Source: Tricharina praecox
Lineage: Eukaryota
Reading direction: 5' to 3'
DNA: 64,000 nucleotides
Assembly (NCBI RefSeq): GCF_024521635.1
Contig: NW_026250411.1
Coordinates: forward strand, 1,178,001 to 1,242,000
The notes under the pieces were generated by a model. It made no database searches. It was given only the letters and a program-made list of their open reading frames with translations, and was not told where the DNA came from. Made by a program: the position numbers and the translations under genes. How positions within the stretch are numbered: the stretch's first letter is position 1; each line of letters starts with the position of its first letter. Below are positions 22,316-37,100 of the stretch, in pieces.

Positions 22316-25300
22316 CTAGTCCGTCTTACTCCTCTTCCCTCTACCACCATCACCACTACTCTTCCTTTTCTTGCCCTCCTTTGCCCAGTACTCATCCTTC
22401 TCTCTCTTTTCCCTCGCCGCCTTCTTCTCAAGCCCGGCCTCGACCTTCTTCTTGTGCTTAACGTTGGCAATGGCCTTCTTCTCCTTCCGCTTCGCCACCT
22501 TCTCCTTATCCAGCGTCAACACCTTCTGGAGCAGATCCCTGGCACGGCTCTCCTCTTTAGTGGGCAGAACCGCACGCTTCGCCAGATAGCCCTTCTTCTG
22601 CTGCGGCTTCATTGCCATGATCTGACTCTTGAACGGCAGCTCCTTCTGGACGGCCTTTGGCACGCGCAGAGGGTTGAAGCGACGAGTTTCACGCGCAATC
22701 GGTTTGTAGGTGGAGTTGGCGTTGATGGGCGCCGTGAGACCCTGTTCTGCTCGCACTTGTCCGGTGACGCGCATACCGCGCCACTCCTTGCCTTCACTGG
22801 ACTCGAGGAGGTTGGTGACGGGGTTGTAGAAGGCACGCGGCTTGACGGGGTACCAGGCGCGCAGGAAGACGATGTCGCTCATGAGGACCTTGTCTTCGAA
22901 GGTGGCACGGTAGTGGCCTTCGGCGGCGGACAGCGCGCGCTTAATTTGACCCCTGATGCCGGAAACGGTGCGGATGGCAGCGCCCTCGAATTTGGCAATT
23001 TCAAGAGAGGAGTTGAACATGTCCTTGATGAATGCAGTGTTCTTGAAGATCTTGTAGGGTACACCGGTGAGTTTGAGCTTCTTGACGATGTCGGTGCTCT
23101 GGTCGACGTTGAGGACGACTCCTGTAGCTGCCACGCGGAAACCGGGCGTCTTGCCATGCAGAGACTGCACAGCGCAGAAACCAGTGTTGGGGGCGATCAG
23201 AGGACCATAGAAGGTACCGAAGCAGTGCATGTGCTCGGGAGTGTACTTGAGCATTCGGTTTCGTGTACGCGAGTCGGAGGTGGAGTAGATGGGTATACTT
23301 TGGAATCGTCTCCAGCCGAGAGAGAAAATGAGAGGATCGTTGGTCTTGAGGATCTTCTTATGCCAGCGATGTCTCTTTATTCTGACTTGTAGGAATCCGA
23401 AACGATCTTCTGTGGGCGTAAGACCTCCAACGATGATCGGATACTTGGGGTCAAAATGTGTAACGAATTCACACGGCATATCAGAAAGGATTACACGGCA
23501 ATAGGATCCGGCCTTGTATCCTTCAATCTTCATACGTGTGATCTCATCCATCTCCTCGAATTCGGAGGCGTTGACAGCCAGCTGTTTGGTGAATGCAGCC
23601 TTTTGCGCGTCGTACCAGTCGTCCTCGCCGAATTGTTGGTCATCGCCGTCGCGCATACCGGCTTTGTCGTTGTTCACTCCCTCTCGGTCCTCTTCCTCAA
23701 ACCGGAGACGCAGCTCTTCCTTTTTACGGGCGTTGCGAGCTCGTTCGGCCTCCAGAGAATCCTCCTCATTACCCTCCTCATCATCATCACCCTCATTACC
23801 ATCATCCTCATCACCGTCATCCTCATCGCCGTCACCCTCTCCATGTACTTCTCCTGTCTCGAGATCCTCGAACGCTCCATCACCCTCATCATTGTCGTCC
23901 TTAAAGCCTCCAAATTCTTCATCATCATCGTCATCACCATTTTCCTTGTCGTCAACAAGATTGGCAGTGATGAATCGCCGGCGTAGACTATCAAGAGCGT
24001 CGACCTCACTCCACTTTTGCTCGAGCTTGTCAAGGTCATAGTGAGGTAGTGTCCGGTCTGCGATCTTCTTAGCCGCGTTGGCTTCCTCGTCCTCATCCTG
24101 ATCCTCTATCTTCTTGAAGAAGTTATCATCATCGTCGTCGTCGTTAGCTTCTTCTTTGATTTCTGTTGGGATAATTTTATCGCCCTTCCACTTAGAAATA
24201 GCCTCGACAGGAGATATGCTTTCATCGTAGAGGACTCTGCACAGGTCCTGTATTCGGCCGAATCCACCTCGTGATTCCTGCCACAAGGCCCGTGCATTAT
24301 CTGAGAGGTTTTGCTTCCAACGGGGCGCCTCGCCATCGTCGGACTCGTCCTCGATATCGCCATCGTCCAACTCGATATCCGAGCGGTCAGACACAGAGCC
24401 CAGGTCAGAATCACTGTCTGCGAACTCCAACTCGGCCTCTCCAGCAGCCGCATCTTCGTCGTTACGGAACGCACGACCAGCCTTCCTTCGCACCGTCGTC
24501 TCATCCTCATCGTCCTCCTCTTCGTCGTCGGATGCAAACTCCTCGTTCTCTTCCTCCTCGTCGTTGTCATCCAACATTTCTTCGTCGTCGGCGTCTTTGC
24601 TGTCCGGCATTCGTGCAGTTCGCCGGTGCTTTCTTCCAACATTTCCCACTTCTGGTTCCTCTTCCTCCGCCTCCTCTTCGGTGACATTCTGCAGCATCTC
24701 ACCGTTCGAGAAGATCTGCACTCCCTTCGCTCCGAAACCCGGCTTCTTGCCCTTCTGAAGGCTGACGACCAGGCGCTCTCCCATTCCCTGTTCTTCGCCC
24801 TCCATGAAGTTCTGTGACGGAACGTTGATGTACACGGCATCCTTATCCACCAACACACCACCGACATCACTCATAGGCGCATACAATAGCTTCTGTTTCT
24901 CACCCAGTCGCCTCCGGCCCTTTCCTTCTGCCTGCGTCCGGTATGGTGTAGGACATGGGTCCGGGAGCGACTCAACACTCTGAACATTGAGATCGCCGAC
25001 ACCAGGAACATGAACTCTTCCGCCCTCAGCGGGAAAATTAAGACCACGAACATAGCCGTATAGCGCCACCGTGCGATCACACTTCTCATCCTCTTCCATT
25101 TTCACCGGATCTGTCAGATCTACCATCCGATCCGCCAGCATGTAGTAGTGCGAGTTTCTCCAGATGATCGGACGGGGGTTTTTCATGACCGAAATGAAAC
25201 GGGACAAGTTGTGGATCTCGCGATCAGGGTAGCGGCCGTTGATGACACCGGAGAGGTAGAAAAGCTTCGCGCCGTTGTAAAGCTCAGACCAGAATCTGTG

Positions 25301-25974
25301 CTTTAATCGCTTCTTCGTCGCGCGCAACATCGACGGGCTCTTGAACAGATCCAGATGCGTCAGGATTCCGAAGATGTTGCTAGGCATACCGTGCGGCGCC
25401 AGGATGTTCAGGAACTCCATAGTCTCCATCTCAAATCCGAAATTTCCATCGATGAGGAGAAGAACGTAGTCGGCGATCTTGGCAACATCGATCATGGAGG
25501 CGAGGGAGTTGTCGCACTCGAGGAAAGTAAGGCGCCGCCGCTTTCCGGTGACAACAGTGATCGGTCCTTGTATCGTCGTGAGGGTGTGTTTGCTGTAGCG
25601 CTTGACGAGGGACTTGATCAGGGTGGTTTTCCCGACTCCGGGTGGACCGACGACCGAGACGATAACTGGTGGCGCCTCCTCGGGGAGACGGTCCACCATG
25701 GGAACATGGAGTCGCTTTTCTTTAACCTGGCGTGCAAATTACATTAGCTTCCTCCGCTGCTACGAATAGTTCAAGAATGAGAAGTACATCGTGAGATCTT
25801 GTCGCCTGCTTCTGAAGTTTTCCGGGATTTGCGAACGAAAAAGCCTTTGGGTTAACACCTTGCCACGAAGAATGTTAGCTAGGTAAGACTTCCCGTGGAA
25901 TAAGTGAAGCTGTCCGTACCAGTATGCTTCTTCTTCTCTTTCACTGGGCGATGGGCCCTGTTGGATTGGTCCAT
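22316..25974 (-). CDS. BMS1: Ribosome biogenesis GTPase Bms1, with short 5' exons
   Basis: MDQSNRAHR..., [16 protein letters not shown]-loop [45 protein letters not shown] and [11 protein letters not shown]. Confidence 0.98.
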
Positions 25975-26221
25975 GACTGTGGTACTCTCGGCGGCAGAGA
26001 GAACGTCGAGTTGAAGTTATGTCTGCGAGAAGCGTACCGAGTGAGACACGGCTCTGAACAACTTTTTTTGCGTTCGACGCTCTCCCCGCGACGACAGGGA
26101 TTGTTGGCGCCGAAAATTACCCTGCACTCAATCCGAACCCCACGCGGCAACGGCCACCAACGACCAAGCACGAAAAAGTATCCTGACGACTCTCCCCCGG
26201 AACCACAATCACACATCAGCT

Positions 26222-27294
26222 ATGCCGCCGAGGATACGGCTCCTTGCAACCACCACCGCCCCGTTGGGAGCGCTAGCCTACTCCGCATCACGGGGAGTCC
26301 GCTGCTATGCCGGCAAAGCGAAGAAGCCTGCTGCGAGCAGCGATGCCGAGAAGCCCACCGCCGTTGACGATGATGCGATTGACCTCAATAAAGTAGCTCG
26401 CGACGAGTTCAACGAGTGGATGAGCGGTCCTGGACGGAACTTCAAGAAGCCGCTATACAACGAGATGAACTACATCACATCGTACGACCGCAAGACGTGG
26501 CAGCGACTGGGTACCGACAAGGACAAGCTCAACGTCCCGTTCCCGCTCAACCATGCCTTCCGCAGTCATCCGGTGCTCAGTGAGGAACTGAAGGAGGAGA
26601 TCTATAGTCGGGTTATGGAGGGTGGCAACAGCGTTCGTGCTGTCAGCGCTGGACTGGGTGTGAGCCTAGAGCGTGTCGCAGCGGTGGCGAGACTGAAGGC
26701 AGTCGAGAAGGAGTGGATCAAGGAGGTGAGCGGCCGTTTCCCGGCGTGTCTTCTTACACCCGGCTCACCATCCTCTGCGCATAGGGAAAACCTATCGCTA
26801 CATACCTCACCAAGGCCCTCCACACCATGCTCCCCGTGACGCAGCTCTCGCCCAAGGGTCAGACCCAGACCTTCCACGAGGGTCTACAGGACATGCAATC
26901 CCACCAATTTTCGCACAGACAAGCCTTCGTTCCCGTCTCGGAGTCGCGAATATTCACCCGCGCCGACGCAGGAAAGGAGTTCGGCCTGCCTCCGACCGAA
27001 GAATCCGTCCCCCACCCGGATCTGATCGTTCTTCAGCGCGAGAAGTTCGCTGGTCTCGACAACACCGCGCGTGTGGATATGCAGCGGGAGAGAGATCGTC
27101 AAGCAATGGTCAGACGCGAGGAGAAGGAGCGCAAGGAGAAGGAGCGCAAGGAAAAGAGTGGACAGGTCATCGAGAAGGGGCGCTGGGCTTGGAGGTTGAC
27201 TACTGCTACCACTGGTAGGGTTGGATTCAGATATGGTGTACCGCACCAGGATCGGAAGAAGGGGCAGGTCAAGATTCCTACACGTGTGTTGTAG
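26222..27294 (+). CDS. MRPS35: Mitochondrial small-subunit ribosomal protein mS45 (Mrps35/Bot1), one intron
   Basis: Presequence-like N-terminus, PFPLNHAFRSHPVLSEEL, VSLERVAAVARLKAVEKEW, FVPVSESRIFTRADA and VGFRYGVPHQDRKKGQVKIPT. Confidence 0.88.
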
Positions 27295-28137
27295 ATGGGA
27301 TATATGGGAGGAAATTGTAAAATATACATGGCTGTATCATCAGATAGACAGTGCGGCGTTGCCATCATCTAGCAAAGTTGGTGGAAACCTCCACCCCACA
27401 TCGGATAGATAAAAATACTACCTTTGAATTCCAAGGCCAACAGAACGCAGCAACCGAGGTCGTTTAGGCTTCGAATACGGCATATACATAATCCTCGTTG
27501 TCCCCACACCGCCGGCAAGTTGGAGTAGATACTGTTTTTTGCTCCATCACCCCGCACTCGACCGTGTTACGCCATGACAGGTTAAAGAAGTACACGCCCA
27601 TTCCTGGATAATGAATTGATTCTCACACGTTCTCACGCCCGTATTCCTGCCCCTTTAGACCGTCGAAAGTGGCTAGTCCGACCGGGCTTCCCTATCCCCC
27701 ACTATCCTCCAGTGTAGGTAGAAATGGCAAAAAGATATATCGGCGCACCCTACATGTTGCTAATCTTTCGCCCCAGACAACTCGCATCGATTTATTGTCG
27801 TATATGGCCTGTCTGTACTACCGGCATAGCGACCTTAACCCCCTATACCTATCCTACTAGCTCCGTGGGAATAGAGGGGAAGCTCTATCGTCTTTTGCCC
27901 CCGTTGCGGGGTGATTTCAAGTAAAATGGAACACTTTGATGCGGTCCCATCACGAGTGATCTCGCATGATTTGTACGATAAAACACTAGGCAAAAAGTAA
28001 ACGTTATTTATCCGTGCAGGGATCAATTAAGGTAATGATAGCATCTAATCTAATCTAAATTTTTCCTGCACGCAACGACCTCCAGCCAAACGTCCATCGC
28101 ACCCAGTCGGCCATCTACCCAGAAACCGCCAAAAAAA

Positions 28138-29619
28138 ATGCTCTCGGAAAAGCTGCTCGTCGCCACGACGCGAACAGTCGGGGACGGTGTTGACACCCCC
28201 TCCATCGCCTACTACAACCTCCACACCGGCGCCGCAATCAGCACAATAAAGCGCTCGCAATCCTCCGCGCGCGGTGTGACAGCGACGAGCACACATATCT
28301 TCGCCCAGCAAAATGACAAGGCGGTGGTCAACGTCTACTCGTCCAGCACCGGTACGCTCCAGAGCGCAATTCCGTTTCCGGGGCCGATCACGATCCTCTC
28401 GGCTTCGCCATGCGGGATGTTTCTGGCTGCCGGCAATGCCGGCGGCAGGGTCTACGTGTGGGAGCTCGCGACCGCAAGGGTGGTGGCGCCGCCGACGGTG
28501 CATTTGCAGAAGATTTCGGCGCTGGCGTGGGGGAGGGGTGGTCACCTTGTTGTGGGCTCGGAGGACGCGACGGTTTCTGTGTGGAGTCTACCTGTGTTGT
28601 TGAACACCCTCAGTGATGCGCCGAGACCACCGGAGAGGGTGTTGAATAGGCATATTCACGCGGTGACCGCGGTCGCGGTGGGAGGTGCGACCAGTGGTGG
28701 GCCGTCGGAGCTGCTGGTTACCGCCGGGAGGGATAGAACGATTATCACATGGGAGCTCCACACTGGACAGCATCTGCGCACGTATATGGTTTCTGGCATC
28801 CCGCTGTGTGTGACGCTGGATCCTGCCGAGCGAGCGATGTATGTCGGGTTCGAAGAGGGCGGGATCCAGTGCGTTGAGTTCCACAGTGCAACAGCGGGTA
28901 GTGGGAAGGAGATGACTATCGAGGAGTACGCGGATGTGCCGGTTACTGTCGTGAGCGAGGTTTGGGGAACTGACGACAGCGCTGACGGGCGGTCAGTGCT
29001 GAGTTTGGCGGTGAACTATGAGGGCAATATGGTGGTGAGCGGGAACCAGAGGGGCGAGGTGGGAGTGTGGGATGTTTCCACGGGATGCTTGTTGAAGAAC
29101 TTGTGTCAGATGAAAGGTGAGAAATCAACCATGACCAGCATTGAAGATGTTTGCTAACGGAAACCCACAGCTCCTGTAACCTCTCTCCAAATGACACGTC
29201 CCAAAGGCTTCCTCATCACGTCTGACAGCGACACCACCTCGATGACCGTGGTCCCCACACCTAGATACGAGGTCATCCTCGCCGCCACCGCTCCCTCCAA
29301 CTACGACCAACGAACATACTCCGTTTCCGTAACACTACCTTCCTACGTCCCAGAGACCTCCACATCCTCACTATCAACATCCACACCTTTCGGTTTCCGC
29401 CCAAAAACAAGCACGTTTGGACCCGACAGCGACATGGAACAGATTCTCCACGGTGCGCGGGAGATGAAAGCGCTCAAGCCGGCACTAGCGGGGGACGATA
29501 AGATTGCTGCACTTGAGAGCGAGCTGGCTGGATTGTATGAGAGCTATGAAAGGCTGGCGGAAGTACATCGAAAGACGTGGAATGGGATGGTCGGTATGGT
29601 GCTGAAGGATGAAAAATAA
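28138..29619 (+). CDS. IPI3: Pre-rRNA processing WD40 protein Ipi3 (Rix1 complex), one intron near 29118-29170
   Basis: HIFAQQNDKAVVNVY, GRVYVWELATAR, HLQKISAL, GSEDATVSVWSL, LDPAERAMYVGFEEG and a C-terminal coiled coil. Confidence 0.88.
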
Positions 29620-31104
29620 AAGGTATTTGGGTTGGGTATTCTTTGTTTCCATAGGGCGCACAGTAGGATATCATTGCATGTAATGGCCTGTCAAAATGGC
29701 GACTCTTAGTTTACTATCCAAAAGTTTGGCCTCACGTCGGGACTCGCGGCAAATCTAGAGCCTTGTCCTTATCGCTCTCATCCAAGGGCAGGCCACTCAT
29801 TTTCTACACTGGTGGCAAAATTCGCGGATGACTCCAGCAGCTACTAGCTGGCGGTTACGGCGATCTATAAAAAGCATTAGAAGGTAATGTACAATACATT
29901 CCAGCAAGGCAGCCAGCTTCCCGTAGAAATAGTAAGGGAGCTGCCAGGCTCCTGCTGTATCATGTATGTATTGTACTCTATTTGGAATTTGGCTTCCGGC
30001 GATGACGATAATCGACGGGGGCGGGCGCTAAGTGTGTGCAAACATCACATAGATACTGAACGTGTGAGCAGGTTCACTTTACTTCTTCCAATTACTTGGT
30101 TCCGTGGGCGCGAATGGCTAGAATCACGGACGGGCAGTACATCATCCCAGTCCGGGGCCGTGGGGTATTTCTTCGTCTGGATGGTTCTCGCATGAGACAG
30201 GAAGAAACAGCAGGAAACTTGAAAGGTATCCAAGGTTGGTGGTCCCAAGGCGAACAGGCTGGGGTGGTTGAAACTGAGAGAAGAATTTGAAGGCTTTTAG
30301 CTAAACAGGCTGACTCTGGTGAGAAGTCATGGACAATCCTAAGCAGCCAGGAAGGAATATGCAAAAGGACAGTGGAAGGTAGCAGTGACACGGAACAGGC
30401 AATAAGACGCATAATATCAACAAGGGTAGCTGTGGCTGAGTACGAGTGAAGTCTGATGACTCAACGGCAATGGAGACAAAAATGTATGTACGGCTTTCTA
30501 TTCGTCCTACGCAACATCACTTCAGCCTCACCTGATGGACAACCCCCACGGGCAAAACGGTTGAACCCAACCAATCCTTTGGACGGCTTCGGCAGTGCCA
30601 AATCACATTCCTTGTACCAATCCCGCTGCTGTTCCCGCGAACATTCCAGGCAACAGGAATGCGGACTCGCAGGGACAGAGTCTGGGAAGCAAACCTGAGG
30701 CGAAAGACTGCCTGGCTACAGGGTCTCGGCGCATGAATGCGCACTCCCGCAGGCAATCGCGCGTTAATCGGCCGAGATTTAGATAGCGGACTTCAATACT
30801 ACGATACGTCTGATGAAAGCGGGGTATGAAGGACCTGGGAACCTATTGGTGCGTACGAAGAGAGAGGACGAGACTAACAAGAAAGCACATACTTGAGTAT
30901 AAAGGCCATGTCGCGCCACTCTGTCACACAAACCACACCCCATATAGTACCCTGTCCTGCCTACTCCACTCTGCTCTACTCTGCTCTCCCTGACTCTGCT
31001 ACACCTACTCTACGCCTCAGCCACAACTGCTCATACATTATCCCACCGACCTTTCTAACTTCTACTATCATCTATAACTGCATCGTGTATCGTGTATCGT
31101 AGCA

Positions 31105-34100
31105 ATGGTTATCAAACCAAAGCGCAACAATGCTCAGCACCAGCCGCTCACCACGGTTCTGAGAAACATCATCCGCGAGTATCCTGCAGGAGGCGGCGTA
31201 CTTCGAGAGCTCTGCCAGAAGTATAGGCTTCCTTTCCCGCCGGAACAAATCTCGAGATTGCTGATGATAGATGTGCCCCGAATCAGTGCGGACGACAGCG
31301 GTGCGACTATGATCGAGTTTGTGCTTGATACCTCCACATATCCGACCGAGCCTCTGTTACATGCGGGGCTTGCTGAATATCAAGGCCCAGCTCTGTTTGC
31401 CTACAACAACCGAACATTCTCCGAGAGGGACTTCCGCTCCCTCAGCAAGATTGGCGATTCGGAGAAGATGAACGACGTGAGCAGCACGGGGAAATTCGGC
31501 AGAGGTTTCAATAGCGTCTACAACTTTACCGACAACCCTTCAATACTGAGTGGGAGCTCGCTGTTGATTCTGGATCCCCACGAGGCTTGGTCGAGAGATG
31601 TGGGGGAGCCTGGGGGGCCGCTCTACGACTTTGTGGAGGATTGCCAGGAACAAGAGATGGTGAATCAGCTTGCTGCATTCGGGCATCTTCTTCCTGACCA
31701 CAGATCTTCCTTCGATGGCACGTTGATCCGTCTGCCGCTCAGGACGATGGAGCAGGCCAAGCAAAGTAGGATTTTGCTTGACAAGGACCGGAGGCCTACC
31801 GAGATCGACGATATTAAAAGCATTTTCAAATCCTTCGCTGTTGAGATGGCCGAATCTTTGTTGTTCTTACGCCATATTTCTTCGATCATCCTTCGGATCG
31901 ATGATGAGATATTTGCGAAAGCGGTGGCACGGAAGTTCAACAGTGAAGGGGAGATCACGGACGCCTTTTCTATCGATACACCGTATCAGTCCGTACTTGT
32001 GCGAAGAGACGAACCACGCGCCGAAATTAATTTCGTGACGGAGATAGCCTTCCAGCTTCAAGGCAAGGAGCAAATTTCGAAGTTTGCTGTCACTCACCTC
32101 ATGAGACATGAGACTGGAGAGTCTGAGCTCGGGAAGTGGGCTCGGAGTTATAAACTGTTCCCATGGACCGCTATTGCAACACCTATTTTGGAGGTAAGCT
32201 GTTGAAGAACCTCAAATTTTGTGACTATCTAACTGCAAACAGGTTGCTGGTTCAAAATTCTCCGGAAGGCTTTTCTCCACGCTGCCGCTCCCGGTGCGCG
32301 TGGATCATCATGCCCACATTCATGCGATGTTTTCGATTACCCCCGACCGCGCCTCCATTCACAAAGACGAGGATTCAACCGCCTCCGAAAACAGCGAAAC
32401 AAAGATGGGAGCACAATGGAACAGATGGATCTTCCAAGAACTGGTTGTCCATGCCTGGGTTGGCAACCTGCAGTACGTCCATGATCTGACCCTAAGGAAG
32501 CGATGTGCGTTTAGCGGATGGTCACTGTGGCCGGTGGGATCTCAGGATCACGGAGACCATAGCACCCATATTTCCGCAATCCTGGGCTTGGTCTTCGAGA
32601 AAATTGTGATCGACGGAAGAAAACTGCTGCCTACGATAAGCCACTCAACTGCATGCGCTTCCGAAGTCCTCTTTGCGGAGGAATTAGAGGAGCAGCTGAA
32701 GAATGCTCTGCGGAACGCACATGTTGTCGTCATCCACCCGCCTACCGATAAGAGGACTGAAATATCCCGGAAACTCGCGCCGACGATGGATCGTGTCTCA
32801 CCTCGCACAGTGCGTGCTGCCTTGACCGCTCTTCGTGGTACATTACACACCCTTAACGCAACTTCTCGTTCAATCTTGCTGGACTATATCCTCACGGATC
32901 GGGATTACGAAGACATTGGGAAATGTGAGGCTCCCCTAATTCCGCTGGTAGACGGTTCATATGGTAGCTTTCAGAAATCGTCGATGAAATACCGGTTCAG
33001 CAGAGAATCAGAGTTAAGCCTGTTCACAGAATGCAAAGCTTTCTCCATTGTCAATTCAAAGCTATCTGAGGGCACATACAATCATTTTATGAAATACATG
33101 GGTTCTTTTCAGAGGTTTACCACTATTTCGCCTTGGAATATATTGGGCGCACACTGGTATCTCGTCACATATGTCTTCTCAGCCGAGAGATCTAATAAAC
33201 AGCAATCAAACGACATTATTACTCGGCCGGAATTGATGGAATGGATCGAGCGCTTCTGGAGGTGGGCCATTTCAAAGGATCAAGAGAACCTACTATCAGT
33301 GATGGGGGACCTCTGGCTTATTCCACTTTCTGGAGGGCGCCTCCGAAAGCTCTCGGAGATCCAGCCAGCGCTTGATATATCTGGCAGCAGCCAAGTTTCT
33401 CAGTTATTCAAAGAAATCGTTTCTGCCGGTACAGACTACCCGATCTATTCGGAATCACTCTCCCAGAAGATTTCGGACTTCTTTCGACGTTCGAAAAGGA
33501 TTTATTGCTGTGAGAATTTCGAGGAACTTGTCACTTGGTTGGGAATGTATCCAAGTTTTCTCGAAACTGCAAGCAAACAGCAGAGATCTCAGCTCGTGCT
33601 CCAGTTGGGTGTCATGTCGCCTGTAATGAAATACCAGAACATTACACCGGGCGAGAAGGAATGCCTCCAAGGCATAGTTCAAATTCTCCGCAAGCTACCT
33701 CTCTACCATGAAGCATTTGTCAGACGGCCAGAGCGGTAAATCAACCCTTCCCAAGCGATTGTATAAATATTTACCTTTTGGTTTTCAAAGGGCTAACTTT
33801 AGCGCGGTTAACTAGCCCATGGATAGACCTCGATGACATAGATTCAAAGTATGTGGCAGTGTCTTGTACGGACGGGCTTCCAGCTCTCCAAGTTTCGAAC
33901 ACGATTTTCGTTGACAGAGATGAACCCGGTGTCAAAAATATTCTCATCGCCTTCGACTTAGCAGCTACGCCGTCACGCAGAATGCTTTTGGAAAAGTATG
34001 TGCTTGCAGACATGCGCCAGGCTAGCTTTGAAAGGAAAAGCGCCTTGTCGAAATACGTCCTTCGGCCACAATGTTTCGGGGATTTGGCTATAAAAGCACG

Positions 34101-37100
34101 AGAAGATTTGGCTGGAACTAAGTTTGTCCCAGTGTGCGGGAAGGAAATATTCGCTACTCCAAAGGAGACGGTCGATACGGACATGCCGGTATCGAAATTA
34201 TATTTTGAAGACGAGGGCGTCTTTCCTGACGCGACCTATTTGGCTAAGCACCGACAGAGTTTGGAGCAGCTTGGTATGATTACACGCATTACCGACAAGG
34301 TCCTCCTCGAAAGAATCGAGATGTACAGCGAAGGCAGGAGGGAGATCGACGAGATATCGGGCAAAGTTCAACATTTGCTCAATTTGGCAGCAAGTCCCCC
34401 TAAGCTAGAAGCTAAACACTGCCAAATGAGATGGATCCCAGCATCTAAGGAGGGCATCAAGAAATTGTACAACGCTATGGAGTGCCGGGATTACAATCAA
34501 AAAGAACTGATCGAATATTCAATGCCACTGACGGAGCTTGAATTCTCGAGGACTTGGCACAAGAGATTAGGGTGGGACGTTCGGCCCGATTGCCGATATA
34601 TTCTTAAGCAACTCGATGAGGCCGTTGCCCGGCAGGACACTTCCGCTATTTTATCTCTGCTGAAATCTAAGTGGCTATCCGGGATACAGGAGCTAGATAC
34701 TAGGGCGTGGATTCCAGGAGCCTCCGGTGGATATTACCGACGTTCGGATGTCTTCTTCAAGTCTGCGAGCTTTCATCCGTACATCGATAACGTCAATCTG
34801 CAGGTTGGAGAATATCTCAACCTTAACGCAGATCCCATTTTTCAAACACAACAGGTGCCTTCGTTTGAAAAGGTATGGGATGTGTCTCTACTACTGGTCA
34901 GGATTATCATACTAAAACTCCCTATATAGCTCCGAGAAGTACAAGTTACCATAGTAGCTAAGGGCAGAATGGCCGGGGAAGACTTGAAGGTGTTTGTGGC
35001 ACTCTTGGAGCAAGTTGCCCCCTACTTTAACGACTCCGACGACGCCTCTTGGATGGCTCCGGACACCAATGGCACGCCGCGTGCGCTGTCAGAATTGACG
35101 GCTGGAGCTCAGCCCGGGGATGCAGGCGCGATGAATCTTCATTTACTGCATCCATCAATTCCTCCAACGATCGTTGAGGCACTTAGGATTCCTACCATTC
35201 AACAGCGATTCCTCCATGAAAGGGTTGGCCCCGAGTTCGTACAGGATTACGAACAGTCAGAGGATCTTACGGTTGTCATCTCAGACACACTCAAGCGCTA
35301 TTCGAGCCGACGCACCTTCAATGAATATCTAGCCAACGCAGAGGATTCGGGAGGAGCAAGCGATATTTGCTGGATACTGGACCAGACAGAGTATCATGAG
35401 CGGACGAAGCTCATCACCAAAGAACTGGAGGAGTGTCATGGACCTTCTCTCCTGTGCTTCAACAATGGCGGTAAGCGTTTTTCTACCGCTCATCACCGGC
35501 AATGAATCAATCAAGCTGATATTATATTTCCTATAGTATTCCGTGAGAAGGACTTTCAGGCGATTGTCAAGATCGGAGTTGGTTCTAGGGGTGATGAACC
35601 ATCGAAGATTGGCAGGTTTGGTCGTGGTTCGCTGACTATGGTAATCCTTACGAAGCTGTAGCGTGCTTCATAACTGACCAGCCATAGTATCACTACACCC
35701 AAACACCGATGATCCTTTCTGGAGATTATTTTGTTATATTCGAGTGAGCTTCTCCCTGTGAACACTACATCATGCGGAACTAATCTATTGAGTAGCCCTG
35801 AGCAATTGCGCCTGCCAGAAAACCCTGCAACCAGGAAACGTCTGAGAGGAATGCGAATAGCTATCAAGCAGGTCCGCCAGCTGTGTATGCGTCTAATCCT
35901 GAAATTATATCAGAGCACTCCACTTACATATCTCCAGGGCCTGACCAACTTCGGCCGTTCGTCGGCCAATTTGGATTTGCAGCCGAAAGCGATTCCTTTG
36001 ATGGCACCTTATTTCGATTTCCCATCATGAAGTCACGGGAAAAGAGCAAAATATATTCGAGCCGTGATCCCACCACGATTCGAACCGTCGAAATGGCTCT
36101 CACAGAGTACTACAAGGACGCGGTCACGGCACTTGTCTTCCTCAAAAACATCAAATCAATACGATTCCAAATTCAGGACGGCAAGGCTAGCAACAAGTTA
36201 CAGTGGGAAGTCATAACTGAGCGGCCGCCCGGACACATGATCGGAATCTCCACATTCAAGATAAAGCACAAAATTCTCCAACAGGCTGATTTCAAAACAA
36301 CAGAGACCGAATGGATGGTTGCTCGTTCGATGCTGGAACCGCACGAGATTCCTGCAGATGTACGAGTGACCTGTGAACGGCACAAGCTGGAAGCGCGATG
36401 TGGCATTGCAGCCCGAATCGTCCCGTCACAGCTATCAGACCCTGGACGTCTATTCTTAGGTGCACCGACAGACCATAAGCTTGGACTGCCGGTCCATGTC
36501 TCTGCAGTCTGTTATCCTATTCCTGTGATACATGACCTCTGCTGACTGAGCGTGAATCAGGACTTGGCGATCCAAAGTGACAGACACGCGTGGCTCGAAA
36601 GCGATGGCCACGACTGGAATCGATGGCTTATGGAGTCTCAAGTCGCTCCTCTGTACGCGACTCTGTTGGCCGAAATAGCAAAGCTCCCGAAATGTCCAGT
36701 TTACGAATTTTGGCCGGAGTATCCCCAGGAGAGCGCCAAGTCTAACGGACCCGCTATCGAACTGAGTAACGTGCTGAAGGCTTCGTTTTGGACAACAATT
36801 CTCAACCCCGATTGCGAATACAAGATTTTCCCAGTTCACAAGAGTGATGTGGCTGGGGCGTGGGAACTCACAACAGCCAACCATGCCTGTTTCAACCTGC
36901 TGTCCAACTCGGAAATGCCTAAAATACTTGCCGGGTTACTTCACCGAATGCCCCTCCGTGGCTGGAAACTGGTCCGACCTACCGGAAAGGCACTCAGTGG
37001 TTTGAAGCGCGTACACAAAACCAGCGAATCGACTACTCTCCGCACATTATCACCCATATTTGTGGCGGAACTCTTCAAGAATGAGGAGAATTGCGAGATG

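Noticed and set aside
29887..30450. Possible small gene upstream of the sacsin gene
   Set aside because: Only short interrupted ORFs with no recognisable homology or consistent splice pattern.
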